From contig CAVRPV010000019.1 of assembly GCA_963723235.1 (NCBI GenBank), positions 84,064 through 148,063 of the forward strand: 64,000 nt of DNA, read 5' to 3'. The notes below the pieces were generated by a model. It saw only the letters and a list, made by a program, of their open reading frames with translations, ran no database searches and was not told the origin of the DNA. The DNA is from an uncultured delta proteobacterium (GTDB lineage Bacteria > Desulfobacterota > WTBG01 > CAIYCZ01 > CAIRTM01). Shown piece after piece: positions 45,807 through 56,997 of the stretch; position 1 is the stretch's first letter, and each line of letters starts with the position of its first letter. The translations under genes and the position numbers were made by a program.

Positions 45807-46865
45807 CTATGCCGGTGGACCGGCGCTAAGAAAATGCAGCTTCTGCATGCAGACATTCATATGCCCTGTAATATCAGCGGTGTTAGCGCTATAGCGTTCA
45901 AGAGCGCTGCCTTCGCCGCGCAGAGCCTCGGACACAGCCGCTGCTGCCCGGTACCCGGAATCCATTGCAGCGCTGATACCTTCACCGTTGAGATAGATGA
46001 ATCCACCGGCCTCGCCGGCCAACAAAACACGCCCCCGGCCAAGGTTCGGCGGCGCCATGCGAATCACACAACCCTCATCGCGCTGCAGCGAACCGAAAAC
46101 CACCTTAAAATGACGGGCCAGAAACTCCTTAAAAGCCTGCGTGCTTTTCTTAAGATTGCGGCCCTTAAAACCACCCACACACAAAACCAGCGTGTCATCC
46201 TTTTGATGGACACAGCACAAGATATCACCAATTTCGGGCTGAAAGAAAACAGTCCACTGCCCTTCAGGAAGCGTCCCCCTGTCCTTGAAATAATTGTAGG
46301 TCTGGTAGACAAGTACTGTCGGGCTTTCCTTGACCCAGTTCGGATCAAGGGCCTTGCGCACCGTTGAGTTGCCTCCGTCCGCGCCGATCAGATACTCACA
46401 GGCAAGTTCACGTTCGCTCCCGTCACGGCGCACCATGATCCGCACCCCGTCGGGTTCGGTACGCATAGCGCTCAGACTGCACCCGTCGCGGAATTCGGCG
46501 CCGGATTGTCCTATAAGCCAGTGATCGAAATCAGCACGCCGGATATTGTAGTACTTGTCCGGAAACGTCTCACCGTCCTTGGCAATCTCCCAAACATATT
46601 GGCAAAACCCATCGGGGCTCCACTCCTGTATGGCGGTGGCATTGATGCCGCGATGCGCGCAGTACACTGAATCCGGCGGCATGCAGCCGAAATATTTTTG
46701 CAGCAGCACCTGTGTCTGCCCGAACAAAACCCCGGAGCAGGTCTTGTGCCGGGGAAACTTCTGGCGATCAATCACAAGCACATCGATTCCACGGTCCTGT
46801 AATGCTTTCGCGCAGGTCGCGCCCGCCGGGCCTGCGCCGACAATAATAACCTGATGTTTTTCCAC
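45807..46865 (-). CDS. FAD-dependent oxidoreductase of the geranylgeranyl reductase family
   Basis: MEKHQVIIVGAGPAGATCA.., DRQKFPRHKTCSGVL and ..GEAGGFI. Confidence 0.75.
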   Translation of the reverse strand: MEKHQVIIVGAGPAGATCAKALQDRGIDVLVIDRQKFPRHKTCSGVLFGQTQVLLQKYFGCMPPDSVYCAHRGINATAIQEWSPDGFCQYVWEIAKDGETFPDKYYNIRRADFDHWLIGQSGAEFRDGCSLSAMRTEPDGVRIMVRRDGSERELACEYLIGADGGNSTVRKALDPNWVKESPTVLVYQTYNYFKDRGTLPEGQWTVFFQPEIGDILCCVHQKDDTLVLCVGGFKGRNLKKSTQAFKEFLARHFKVVFGSLQRDEGCVIRMAPPNLGRGRVLLAGEAGGFIYLNGEGISAAMDSGYRAAAAVSEALRGEGSALERYSANTADITGHMNVCMQKLHFLSAGPPA

Positions 46866-47256
46866 GCGTACTATCCTTTCTCAATCAAACCGATAGTTTA
46901 AACACGATTTCCCTGACACTGCAGCGTGCCCGGACATATATATACTATCACATAAACGGTTTCAGCATACAACCCGAAAACCACCGCAAGGCTGCCCCCT
47001 TAACGTACAAACGGAAAGATCTTCTGCACGGTGCACTAACCGAACTGCAGCGCACGCACGCCGTATCAGCCTTACCCGCTCAAGCATAGCATGACGTCCA
47101 TATACCACCGCGTTTGAAAGGGAATTCCGGATTAACACCATTACAATTTTATTTGCCAAAATGCAATTTTACGGATACTATGCACCCACAGCTCGCCTGA
47201 ATTTTCCGTACCGTTTCCGCAATCCAGGCGGTCATGAGAGTGAGAGAGGAAATAGA

Positions 47257-47607
47257 ATGCCTAAAGTCCTGGTTATTGATGATTCGCGCTATACAAGGCT
47301 TGCTATTGTCAGGTTTCTTGCCGCCAACGGGTTCGAGGTGCTTGAAGCCGAAAACGGCATGCTCGGCCTGGCAGCCGTAAGCCTTGAAAAACCCGATGCT
47401 ATTATCACTGATTTGCTCATGCCTGAAATGGACGGCTATGAACTGCTTGAACGCCTGCGTACAGACGGCAATACCACACCGGTGATCGTGATAACAGCCG
47501 ATATTCAGGATTCCACCCGGGAAAAAATAATGCAACGGGGCGCACGAGCCGTGATGAACAAGCCGGCCGATCTTCCAAAACTGCTGGAACTGTTGTCATT
47601 CGCGTGA
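47257..47607 (+). CDS. CheY-like single-domain response regulator
   Basis: MPKVLVIDDS..DLLMPEMDGYELL.. Confidence 0.8.
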   Translation: MPKVLVIDDSRYTRLAIVRFLAANGFEVLEAENGMLGLAAVSLEKPDAIITDLLMPEMDGYELLERLRTDGNTTPVIVITADIQDSTREKIMQRGARAVMNKPADLPKLLELLSFA

Positions 47608-47632
47608 ACATGCACAGGGGAGATACTGCCGC

Positions 47633-48247
47633 ATGAAAGAACTCAGTCCTCTTGAAATAGACGCCCTGACTGAAATAATCAATATCGGCGTAGGCCGGGC
47701 TGCCAGTTCGCTCAACGACATTACCGGCGCGCATATACAACTCAAAGTCCCGCGCATTGAACTGTTCCCGCTGGAAAAACTGACCGAGCTGCTGGGCCGG
47801 CTTGGGCATACCAATGTGTCAACGGTCATACAGACTTTCAAGGGTGAGTTTACAGGATCTGCCGCGCTCCTTTTTCCGCCTGAGAGCACATTGCGCCTGA
47901 TGTCGGCCCTGACAAAGGAGACCGTGAAGTCTGCGGATCTTGACAGTGACAGCCGCGGCATCCTGATGGAAATCGGCAACATCGTCATCAACTGCATCCT
48001 GGGTACAATGGCCAATATCCTTGAATGCAGCATGGATTTTTCACTGCCCCAGTACCGAAATATCAAAAATACCGATGACCTTCTTGCGGGGTCCGGGTTG
48101 CATGAGCATGAGGCCGGATTTATTATCCTTGCGGAAGCCAATTTTTATATCAAGGCCATGGAGGTCACCGGCTACATCTTCGTGTTTTTTAAAATCGACA
48201 GCTTCGAAACGCTTACCAAAATGATCACCCGCGCCGTGTCACGCTGA
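47633..48247 (+). CDS. CheC/CheX-family CheY-P phosphatase-like protein
   Basis: ..LTEIINIGVGRAASSLNDITG.. and a second ..EIGNIVINCILG.. repeat. Confidence 0.65.
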   Translation: MKELSPLEIDALTEIINIGVGRAASSLNDITGAHIQLKVPRIELFPLEKLTELLGRLGHTNVSTVIQTFKGEFTGSAALLFPPESTLRLMSALTKETVKSADLDSDSRGILMEIGNIVINCILGTMANILECSMDFSLPQYRNIKNTDDLLAGSGLHEHEAGFIILAEANFYIKAMEVTGYIFVFFKIDSFETLTKMITRAVSR

Positions 48248-48273
48248 CATACGCGCATCACAAGCCCGGAGCG

Positions 48274-49608
48274 ATGGATTTCACGCTTTCTTCATACGGC
48301 AGTGCCTCAAGCAGACCCTCTCCGGTCAACAGCATGATGGACGCGTTTGCGGCGAATTTCCGCCCCGGATGCGACATCAACCTCGGGGTCGGCTATGTGA
48401 ATGAACGCACCATTCCGGCTGAGCTTATTGTCGATGCGCTAAAAAAAATCATAACCGATCCCGCCCGTTATAAAACACCCTTCAATTATGGCGGACCCAG
48501 GGGCTCAGCCACCCTCATACAGTCCATTTTTGATTTCATCATACGCAGCGCTCGCGGTGGGCTGACACGCGAACACTTGCGCAGCAGGGAAATCATCATA
48601 GGCGCCAGCGGGGTTAGCAGCCTGCTGGAGGCAATGGCACACGTGGTACAGCCCGGCATTGTTATAACCTCCGACCCCATGTATTATATTTACTGCAACG
48701 TTCTGGAGCGCATGGGCTTTGAAGTCCTGACGGTTGCCGAAGATGCATCCGGCATGCGTACCGATCTGCTGCAGGAGAGACTGAACCAGCTCGGTGAGCG
48801 ATGCAGGGAGATCAGTTTTTTCTATATTGTTTCCGTCAATAACCCGACTGCCACGATACTGTCCAACAAGCGGCGGCGTGAAATTGTTGAAACAGCAGCC
48901 AGGCTTTCACGCAACCAGCAGCGCAAAATTCCCGTGCTGTTCGACACTGCCTACGACGACATCATCCATGACCCGGGCTGTGAAAAACCCTGCTCGGCCA
49001 TGCTGTTTGACGAGCTTGGCCTTGTGTATGAAGTCGGCAGCCTTTCAAAAATCCTCTCGCCCGCCCTGCGCATCGGTTACCTGATCGGCAGTCCCGGGCC
49101 GCTGCTGAACGCGCTCGTGCAGAAAACCGGCGACACCGGTTTCAGCGCACCATTGTTCAGCCAGGAAATTGCGAGCTATCTGCTTGACCATCACATCGAA
49201 GACCAGATCGCACGAGTCAACCGCGGCTACCATGAGAAAGCATGCGCGGTCAGAGGCTGGATTGAGCGCGAGCTTGGTCCCTGGCTTGAGGACTGCACCG
49301 GCGGCAGCGCGGCGTTCTATTTTTACCTGACCTTTAAAAACATCGCCACCGATGAGGATTCACTGTTTTTTAAATTTCTGACCCGGACCACAGGCAACCC
49401 AAAAATCGACGGTCCTGACGCGGACAAGCATGCCCGGGTTCTGTACGTGCCGGGCTGCCACTGCGTCCATTCGCGCGGCACGCTTCACGAAACGGGCCGC
49501 CGCCAACTGCGCATATCTTATGGTTTTGAAGAGCTGGAGCGCATTGAGCAGGCCATCGTGCTCATGCGCAAAGCAGCCTCTTTCTGCTCAAACAACACGC
49601 TCGTATAA
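48274..49608 (+). CDS. PLP-dependent aminotransferase (class I/II fold)
   Basis: 444 aa with an aminotransferase I/II domain architecture. Confidence 0.6.
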   Translation: MDFTLSSYGSASSRPSPVNSMMDAFAANFRPGCDINLGVGYVNERTIPAELIVDALKKIITDPARYKTPFNYGGPRGSATLIQSIFDFIIRSARGGLTREHLRSREIIIGASGVSSLLEAMAHVVQPGIVITSDPMYYIYCNVLERMGFEVLTVAEDASGMRTDLLQERLNQLGERCREISFFYIVSVNNPTATILSNKRRREIVETAARLSRNQQRKIPVLFDTAYDDIIHDPGCEKPCSAMLFDELGLVYEVGSLSKILSPALRIGYLIGSPGPLLNALVQKTGDTGFSAPLFSQEIASYLLDHHIEDQIARVNRGYHEKACAVRGWIERELGPWLEDCTGGSAAFYFYLTFKNIATDEDSLFFKFLTRTTGNPKIDGPDADKHARVLYVPGCHCVHSRGTLHETGRRQLRISYGFEELERIEQAIVLMRKAASFCSNNTLV

Positions 49609-49668
49609 GGGCACAACACCGTGCGTGTATTTTGTTGCACGGGCAGTCCTTGTTGGGATTGCGTTTTC

Positions 49669-49707
49669 CCAAAAAGAAAGAGACCCTGCAGGGTCTCTTT
49701 CTTTTTC
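49669..49707. terminator. Bidirectional rho-independent terminator between convergent genes
   Basis: AAAGAGACCCTGCAGGGTCTCTTT flanked by A- and T-runs. Confidence 0.8.
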
Positions 49708-49726
49708 AAGGACTATAAACGTATTA

Positions 49727-51086
49727 TTAAAACTTGAAGAGCAGATCGGCTTGCAGGACATGTTCATCATCGCTGCGGCCCACATCCTGCTTACACATAT
49801 AATAGGCGCCTCCAAGCTCAACATTCTTCATCAATCCGTAGGCAGCTTTTACTACATACCCGTTCATATTGGTCTTGCCGCCATAGGCATCAGAATCCGG
49901 GAATATGTCAAGCCATGCATCTTTTTCCAGTTTCTCATAGTACGCTTGGACCTGCCATTGACGCGGCTCTTTAATCTTCTCGTGACCGAACTTGATCCCG
50001 GCGGTATACCCGGTATCTTCTTTAACGCTGCTTGCGGTATTCTTAACATATTCACCATACAGCGCGGCAAACGGCATCAGCGCAAGACCGGTATTTTTGG
50101 TGCCCAGCTCGCCTGATACTACGACCGGCTCGTAGTCATATGCCAGGGTTTTTCCATCCAGCGTGTTTGATTTGCTTGAATAGTCAAGCGTAGAACCCTT
50201 GACATTGCTGGCGTTGTAGTAGGCAAACGCGTTCTTGAAATACGCATTTTGTCCAAGTTTAATGTTGTACCCGGGCTGCAGAAAAAAGAAGCCCGGGTCG
50301 TTTGAACTCTCTTTGATCTCGTCGATAACCCAGTACCCGTTGGTCATGAACAGGTCAACGCTGCCCACTGTGCGATTCATAGACGCTGAAACACCTTGCG
50401 GCCTGATATCACTGTCCCAAATCCAGCCACTGGGCATCCAGAGCGGATTTTCAAACTGACCGCCGACAAGCCGCAGCCACTCAAAGGGCTTGTAGGATGC
50501 ATAGGCATAATCAAGCCGGATGTCAGGTGTTTCAAACGAATTACCAAAAGTCTGGTTGGTGCTGCGCGGATCAGCGTGCCGCTGGCCAGCCCGAAGCCTA
50601 CGTTGAATTTCTCGTTGACCTTCGTGACCATGCCAAGACGAAAACGGTAGCGGCCGCGGTTGCGTTCATCTTCACCGTCGTTGTCTTTGTTGCTATTCTC
50701 GTAGCGCAGCCGAAATCGCCCTTAAACTGGGTGTTTTTGATAAACTCCGGCATCGCCAATGACGAGATGATTTCCTTGTTCGTTTTGTCTTTTTCAGACT
50801 TTTGAACACTCAAAATGAGGTCGCCGTCCTTCTTGGTCAATACACCTTTGTCAACCAGCTTATCCACCAGCATGTCCATCTCGCCCGCCATGACAGGGGC
50901 CTGGCACAAAAGCAGGGCTATCATAACCATGATGCTGATAATTGTCCGTTTCTGCATGCTTTCCTCCTTTATGTTTGCATCAATATACCGGTTTACACAC
51001 CATTCATTTATTGCCTGCCAGCAAGGGCTGCAGAGCACATGTACGCTTTCGTTGTTACTGCCGTTGCCGCACATTCTTGCATGCAT
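49727..51086 (-). CDS. Putative outer-membrane porin, paralogue 1; frameshifted
   Basis: Signal peptide MQKRTIISIMVMIALLLCQAPVMA and N-terminal helical segment (LVDKLVDKGVLTKKDGDLIL). Beta-barrel-like alternating pattern, and a C-terminus ..LQADLLFKF ending in Phe. Confidence 0.55.
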
Positions 51087-51279
51087 TCCTCCTTTCTGTT
51101 TTCTGCGCTGCCGGTTAAGAAGACACTCCGATTACATTAATTTCTTGTAAGATCATACGGGCGCTCTTTTAATATTGAGATAGGCAAGCGGTTATTTTTC
51201 AGTTAAAACATCTCCGGCTTTCTCGCCGCAGATTGTTGAGCAAATCATTTCGGGCGGGGTGTTGTGCGGGCGTTTGCGC

Positions 51280-51314
51280 AAAAAAAAAGAGACCCTGAAG
51301 GGTCTCTTTTTTTC
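51280..51314. terminator. Rho-independent terminator, near-identical to the one at 49669-49707
   Basis: AAGAGACCCTGAAGGGTCTCTT flanked by A9 and T7. Confidence 0.8.
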
Positions 51315-51332
51315 AAAGGCTATGAAGATTTT

Positions 51333-52616
51333 CTAAAAGTTTACATTCAACTCGACCATCACGTTGTCCTCATTGTTATCTGAACCGGTTAGCGGCTTGC
51401 TGTGATAATAATTGGTTCCTATATTAATATTATCCATGAGCCCGTAGGCAACCTTCAGGATATAGGCCTCAACGTTGGTCTGCCCGCCGTACGTATCGGC
51501 ATCCGGGAAGATGTCAAGCCATGCATTGCGCTCCAGCCGGGTGAACTGCAACGCTCCCTGCCACTGGTGTTTCTTTGCAACCTTCTCGTGACCGAACTTG
51601 AAACCGACTGTTTGTCCGCTGTCACCCCTGCTGACGTCCCGGTTGTTGATGTATTCGCCGTACACCGCGGCAAACGGTATCAGCATAAGCCCGGTTTTGT
51701 ATCCGAGCTCGCCAGAGACCACGTACGAGTTGTAGTCATACTTCAGAGTATTGTCCTGATTCCGCGTGTTTGAATCGCTTGAATAGTCAAGCGAAGCGCC
51801 CTTGACATTCGAGAACTGATACACGGTCAGAGCGTTTTTGAAATAAGCTTGCTTGCCAAGGTTGACCTTGTAGCCGGGCTGAATGACCCACATGAGCGGA
51901 TCGTCCGAGATCATTGCGTATTCATCCAGGATCCAGAAGCCGCTGTTCATGAACAGTTCAACGCCGCCCACCGTGCGCTGCATAACCGCAGTAACACCCT
52001 CAGGCCTGATGTCGCTGTCCCACAGCCAGGAATCCCCGGGAAGCCAGAGCGGATTTTGAAACTTGCCGCCTATAAGCTTCAGCCAGTCAAATGGCTTGTA
52101 GGTGGCATAGGCCAGGTCAAGCCGGATTTCGGCCTTGTCGAATGAATTGTTCATGTCCTGCATGCCGCTGCGCGGATTAGCGCCGCCGGTTGCAATGCCG
52201 TAGCCCACATCGACTTTGTCGTTGATTTTCGTGACAGCGTTAAGGCGCAGCCGGTAACGGCCCCGGTTCCGGTCTTGTTCTGAATCGCCCCTGCGGTCGG
52301 TATACTGATAGCGCAGGCGAAAATCGCCTTTAATGGTGGTATTTCTGAACCACGCGGGAATTGCCTCGGCCAGCATAAACGGGGCATCCTTGCCGGTCAT
52401 AAGCGCTTCTTTTGTAGCCGCGATGGTTTCCGTGCGCTCTTTTGCGGCTTCAGCCTTGGTTTCCTTCAAAATGGCGTCGGCATCCTGCTGGTTCAATAGG
52501 CCCTTTTCAACCATCTTTCTTACCAGGATGTCAACTTCACCTGCCGTGGCAGGAGACTGCCACATGAGCAACAGCATCATAATTATTGTCAGTAGTGTTC
52601 CCTTTTTCATCTGCAT
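51333..52616 (-). CDS. Putative outer-membrane porin, paralogue 2 (intact, 427 aa)
   Basis: Signal peptide; LVRKMVEKGLLNQQDADAIL helical N-terminus; C-terminal ..VELNVNF. Confidence 0.55.
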   Translation of the reverse strand: MQMKKGTLLTIIMMLLLMWQSPATAGEVDILVRKMVEKGLLNQQDADAILKETKAEAAKERTETIAATKEALMTGKDAPFMLAEAIPAWFRNTTIKGDFRLRYQYTDRRGDSEQDRNRGRYRLRLNAVTKINDKVDVGYGIATGGANPRSGMQDMNNSFDKAEIRLDLAYATYKPFDWLKLIGGKFQNPLWLPGDSWLWDSDIRPEGVTAVMQRTVGGVELFMNSGFWILDEYAMISDDPLMWVIQPGYKVNLGKQAYFKNALTVYQFSNVKGASLDYSSDSNTRNQDNTLKYDYNSYVVSGELGYKTGLMLIPFAAVYGEYINNRDVSRGDSGQTVGFKFGHEKVAKKHQWQGALQFTRLERNAWLDIFPDADTYGGQTNVEAYILKVAYGLMDNINIGTNYYHSKPLTGSDNNEDNVMVELNVNF

Positions 52617-52997
52617 TCCTCCTGTGTGTTTGAATAGTGCCGGTTAATCAAATAGCTGAACGTTTTTAGTACCTGCTGTGGTTGTTCGTCACATGACACC
52701 GAACAACCCGACCCTGCAACTCAATCAGCAAACATTTTGCACAAAGAGTGCCACTCTTTGTTACGGTGCTTCAGAGATGCCGTTCTCCTGCAAAACTCCT
52801 TGTTTTCAGACTGTTTTTCTTTTGGCGATCAAGTCAAGCACTTAGGCACTGACTAAAAACAACAAATTTCAGCCATATGCGGCTCATTTTTTCAATCATA
52901 TTTGACTGAAAAAATGCATTTTAATGTTATGCGCCCATAGAAGTACATGAACCAATCACATGTTGTGCCAGCAAAAATATGTTAAAAAAAAATAACA

Positions 52998-53050
52998 GTC
53001 AAGTTAATTTTGTTACTTAAGTTATTTAAGGTAATTATTGGTTTTATTTG
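52998..53050 (+). promoter_or_regulatory. Conserved AT-rich element E3 (GTCAAG..TTATTGGT..TTTATTT), upstream of the tandem porin genes
   Basis: Related 55-60-bp elements occur at 57235-57295 and 62951-63010. Confidence 0.5.
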
Positions 53051-53177
53051 CAGCATTAGAAGAAATTGGGGTAGTGCATGCGCCTGTCCTGCAAGCCATG
53101 ACGCATGCTATACGATGAAAATGAAGGCTGCCAATCCGGCGTAGATATACTTTATAAAAATGAAGGTGGCTAAACAA

Positions 53178-53440
53178 TCAGGTTGCAGACAAAAGCTGTC
53201 CAGTGGCTGATGTGTCATAGCCGCCCATGGCATTGACCTTCTGCCTGAAGGACTCTGAACGCACCACCTGCAGCAGGGCATCAATCGGCCCTGCTGAGGT
53301 GCTCTGTTTGGAAATGATCAGGTCGAAGCGTTCTTTGGCAAGATGCACAAAATCAAGGCCCGGCATTTTTGCCGCGCTCAGAATGCCCATGGCCACATCC
53401 GCTGATCCCCCGAATACGGCAAGACATAGGTGGTCTGCAA
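53178..53440 (-). pseudogene. Orphan fragment: a duplicated 3' end (last ~85 codons) of the TunR-family regulator gene
   Basis: About 250 bp, roughly 85% identical to 57424-57670. Encodes ..MGILSAAKMPGLDFVHLAKERFDLIISKQSTSAGPIDALLQVVRSESF.. with no N-terminal HTH. Confidence 0.6.
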
Positions 53441-53515
53441 AAAAGGCAGGGTCATGTGCTGACCCTGCCTGTGTGGTTATTCAAATTTGCTTCCAGTGTT
53501 CTCGGCACTATAGTG

Positions 53516-55463
53516 TCAGAGAATAGATGCAGCCTTCATTGCAGCCTTTTCAGCTTTATGCCGATTCGAGAGATCGGTTTTTTCTGCTTTTTGCTCATCT
53601 GAAAGAGTATTTTTTTCAGATTTTTGCCGAACACTAAGAAGCTTGGCATCATCTTTATCAACGTCACAGTCACCGTCCAGGTCCCATTCCAGGCCGCATC
53701 CGGAAAAACCCATAGCAGCCTTCATTGCAGCCTTTTCGGCTTTATGCCGATTCGAGAGAGCGGTTTTTTCTACTTTTTGCTGAGTTGAGAGAGCAGTCTT
53801 TTCGTTCTTTTGCCGGAGCTTAAGAATACTGGAATCGTATTTATCAACGTCACAGTCACCGTCCAAGTCCCATTCTACATCGCAGATGCACTTGTCAATA
53901 CCCTCGTCGCAGGTTTCACCCGCTGAGCAGGGACCGGCTGCAAACCCGCACACCTCAGCCGTACAGACCGGCGCACCGGTGCAATACAGGCCGTCATCCG
54001 GGCAGTCACTGTCCTTCAGGCACTCTACATACTCCAGGCTGAACTCAACCGTCTGGTTATCGCCGTGGATCACGGTCACATCCTCGGTCTGGCTGCGGTA
54101 GTTTTCGGCAGATACCGTAAGGGTATAGCTTTTTTCATCATTTTCAGGGCCGGAAACCACGCCCCGCTAACATGAATTGGCCTTTGGTGTCGGTACGCGT
54201 TTCATAGCCGCCCATGCCGGTTTTCACCAGCGCATTTGCAATAGGCTTTTGCAGCACCCGCGAGACCACCGTACCCTTGATATTGCCATTGCGCAGATTG
54301 CCGTAAATAACTATCTTCTCGTCATTGAGCAGGCCCCAGCCCGCGTCGGTCTGGCTGTTTCTCCAGTCATATTCTGTTGTGCCTTCAGGCAGCGGATCGA
54401 CCCGGATGGCGGCGACACCGCGGGCTGAAAAGCCGGCATTATGGTCGGTATTGACCTCATTTTTATCATAGGGCCAGGGCTCAGCAGCAGGTGTTGCCGA
54501 GGTTGCCTGACGGTCGGGATAGCCGGGTCTCCACTGCGGGGGCACAGCCCGGAACGGGCCTTCGCCCACGAGCTTGTTCTGGGCGTCCTGGTAGGCAATG
54601 TCGAGATAGGCGCCGTTGGCCTTGTAGGCAAGCAGCAGCTTCAAACCACCAGCAACCGTTATGGTCTGGCCATGAGTCCTGCCGGTGCAGCCCGGCGCGC
54701 TGTAGTCGACCCAGCCGCCATTGGCTGAATCTGCTGTCGCATCATAAAAATATTGCGCCTGCGGATAGGTTCCCTCAATGGGGTAATTAGTGCCGGTGCT
54801 CGTGCGCGCATAGGTATAGCTGTAGCCGTCGGGTGCGGTAACGGTTATGCCGGAGCTGGCAGCGGTCCAGCCGGTTGCCTCAAGCAGCTCCTGCATAATG
54901 AAGCCGGTATACGTGGCATAATAGTCGAAGCCGCTTTCTCCGCCCCGGCTGGTGTTCATGAGCATAAACTGCGCATGGGGCGTCAACATGGATTCAAGCT
55001 CATCAAGGCTCAAAATAATATGCGGCGCCGGCACTTTTGCCGGCGTGTCGAGCGCGTCACCGGGATAGCGAATGGCATTGATTTCCGTTATATTGCTGTA
55101 GGTGTCATTGTCCGAATCAAGGCCCTCAATTGCTTCAAGGGCCGCCAGGCTTCTGCCCGCCGCATTATAATCTGTGCCGAAGGGGTTGAGTGTTTTGGCA
55201 ATATCGCCCGATCCATCATAACCATATACTGTGTGGCAATACTGGCACGCGCTCTCGGTGACCACGGCCCCCGATTTTGTCTTGTACGTATTGCCCTTGT
55301 GGCACGTGGCGCAATCGTCAAGCTTGGTGCCCGCCTTGTCGGGGTAGACCTTCAGAAATTTCGGGGCGTCTTGCTCATCCAGATGATGGTAGGCGCCAAA
55401 GGCCGTGCCTGAGAAAAGCGCAAGCACGGCAATCCCTAAACACAGTGTTCTCAGTCGTCTCAT
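53516..55463 (-). CDS. Secreted multidomain protein: diheme c-type cytochrome, unknown central domain, CarboxypepD_reg-like domain, EGF-like Cys-rich module, and Asp-rich tandem repeats; frameshift near 54150
   Basis: Signal peptide. Two CxxCH motifs (DCATCHK, CQYCH). ..NGNIKGTVVS..TDTKGQFML / SGPENDEKSYTLTVSAENY.. across the shift. CPDDGLYCTGAPVCTAEVCGFAAGPCSAG..; repeats CDVEWDLDGDCDVDK..KAEKAAMKAA x2. Confidence 0.55.
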
Positions 55464-55487
55464 ACAATTCCTCCTGTCCTGTTAAGA

Positions 55488-56997
55488 TTAAAATTCAAGC
55501 TGCAGGCGCGCCATCCACGCCTGCTCAATGTCCTCGTAATAGGCTGCGCCAGAGTCACTATAGCCTAGAAACAGCGGGTCTCCAAAGCGGGTGTAGCTGT
55601 AGTCAAGGGAAAACCTGACCATGGCATTGAGGTACCAGTTGATGGCTGCTGTCAGCGAATTGGCCTCGCGCACGCTCAACCCCTCATTGACAAGAGATTC
55701 ATAGGTGATTTTGTCCGCCTCGAACTGCTGATACATAAATCCAAGGCCCCAGGCACCCCAGGACCCGGTGCGGATATTAAAATCCTTGAGAGGCCGAATT
55801 TTTCCCAGGACACCCCCTTTCAGTTCAGGCCGCTCGCCGGTCAGCATAACCAACAGCCCCGCGTACCACGAGCGCAGGGAAAAATCGAAAAGCTCAGTGT
55901 CGGAGATTTTTACGCCGCCGTAGTCATTCTTGATATACTCAGCCATCAGCGCCACAGGCCCGAGCGTGTAGGCCAGTTCAAGGCCGTAGCGGTTCAGATC
56001 ATCGATTTCTTCGGTCATGTGGAATTTTGCATTTGGCTGGATAGTGTAAAACGTCGTGCGGGCCGGAGTTTTAACCTTTACATTGAAGTCCGATGTGTCG
56101 AGGCGGGCATAGGAGTAGGAGCCGCCAATCTGGAGCGATTTCAGAAAATCAGGGCCCCAGGTGCTGCAGCGGCTTAAACACCAGCCGGCCGGTCACCTGC
56201 TTATCGTCCTTCTGGCTGCGGCGGTTGGCATCGGTGCCGTCACCGTTGAAAACGCCAACGCCATACATGATCGCTTCATCATACAAACTGCCGTGCAGCA
56301 TGAGACCCACATCGCGACCGGGTGTGAGGTAAAAGCCAAAGGAGCGCTCGGTGAAAGCAAGATTTTTATCAGCCGTAAGCTGCTCGAAGCTGAAAGGCTC
56401 CTTGAACTGCCCCATGCGCACCTGCAGCCACGGCACGGCATCATAATTTATATAGGCATCGATCAGGTCGTCGCTGCTTGAGCCCTCCAGCTCGTACTCA
56501 AGGCGGTAGGAAAAATCGCGGTACAGGCGGCCTTCGACAAACAGGCGCGCCCGGCGTATATCAAAGTCATTGCTGATAGGATAGTTGGGCTGAAACATCA
56601 GGTAATCTGTCTGGATGAGCCCGCCGATGCGCATTTCAAAACTTTTGTCCTGCAGGCCGATCTTTAAGCCCTCGTCATAGCTGACCTTGACCTCCCTGGC
56701 CTCTTTTTCAGCCTTCAGCTGCAGGGCCTGTTTGTCTTCTTGATCAAGTGTTGCTTTTATTTCACGGGCCTGCGGCTCAGTAAGCGCGCCATTTGCTTTT
56801 AAGAAATCAAGCAGCTTCTGATCGGCAAGGGGGCCGGCAGAAGCTGCTGCGGGCAGCAGCAGGCACAGGCAGAAAAGAATAGTGCCGTATGTTTTGCTCA
56901 TTTTTCTTTTTCCTACGACGAAAAAAAGCCGGTTCCGTGCCAAAGCAGGGAACCGGCTTGCGCGCAGGCAACCGTATTCTCTCTCCTTCCCCAGCAC
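55488..56997 (-). CDS. Phosphate/anion-selective porin of the OprO/OprP (Porin_O_P) family; frameshift near 56020-56150
   Basis: Signal peptide MSKTYGTILFCLCLLLPAAASA. ..RIGGLIQTDYLMF.., ..DIRRARLFVEGRLYRDFSYRLEYELEG.., and ..LQVRMGQFKEPFSFEQLT... C-terminal ..ARLQLEF. Confidence 0.7.

Noticed and set aside
54144-55463. Assignment of the central domain of the cytochrome fusion as a sulfite-oxidase-type Moco domain
   Set aside because: GEGPFRAVPPQW loosely resembles the ..PLRLVVPG.. block. However, the spacing to the only candidate Cys ligand is wrong and I cannot verify it without an HMM search. It is left as an unknown domain.
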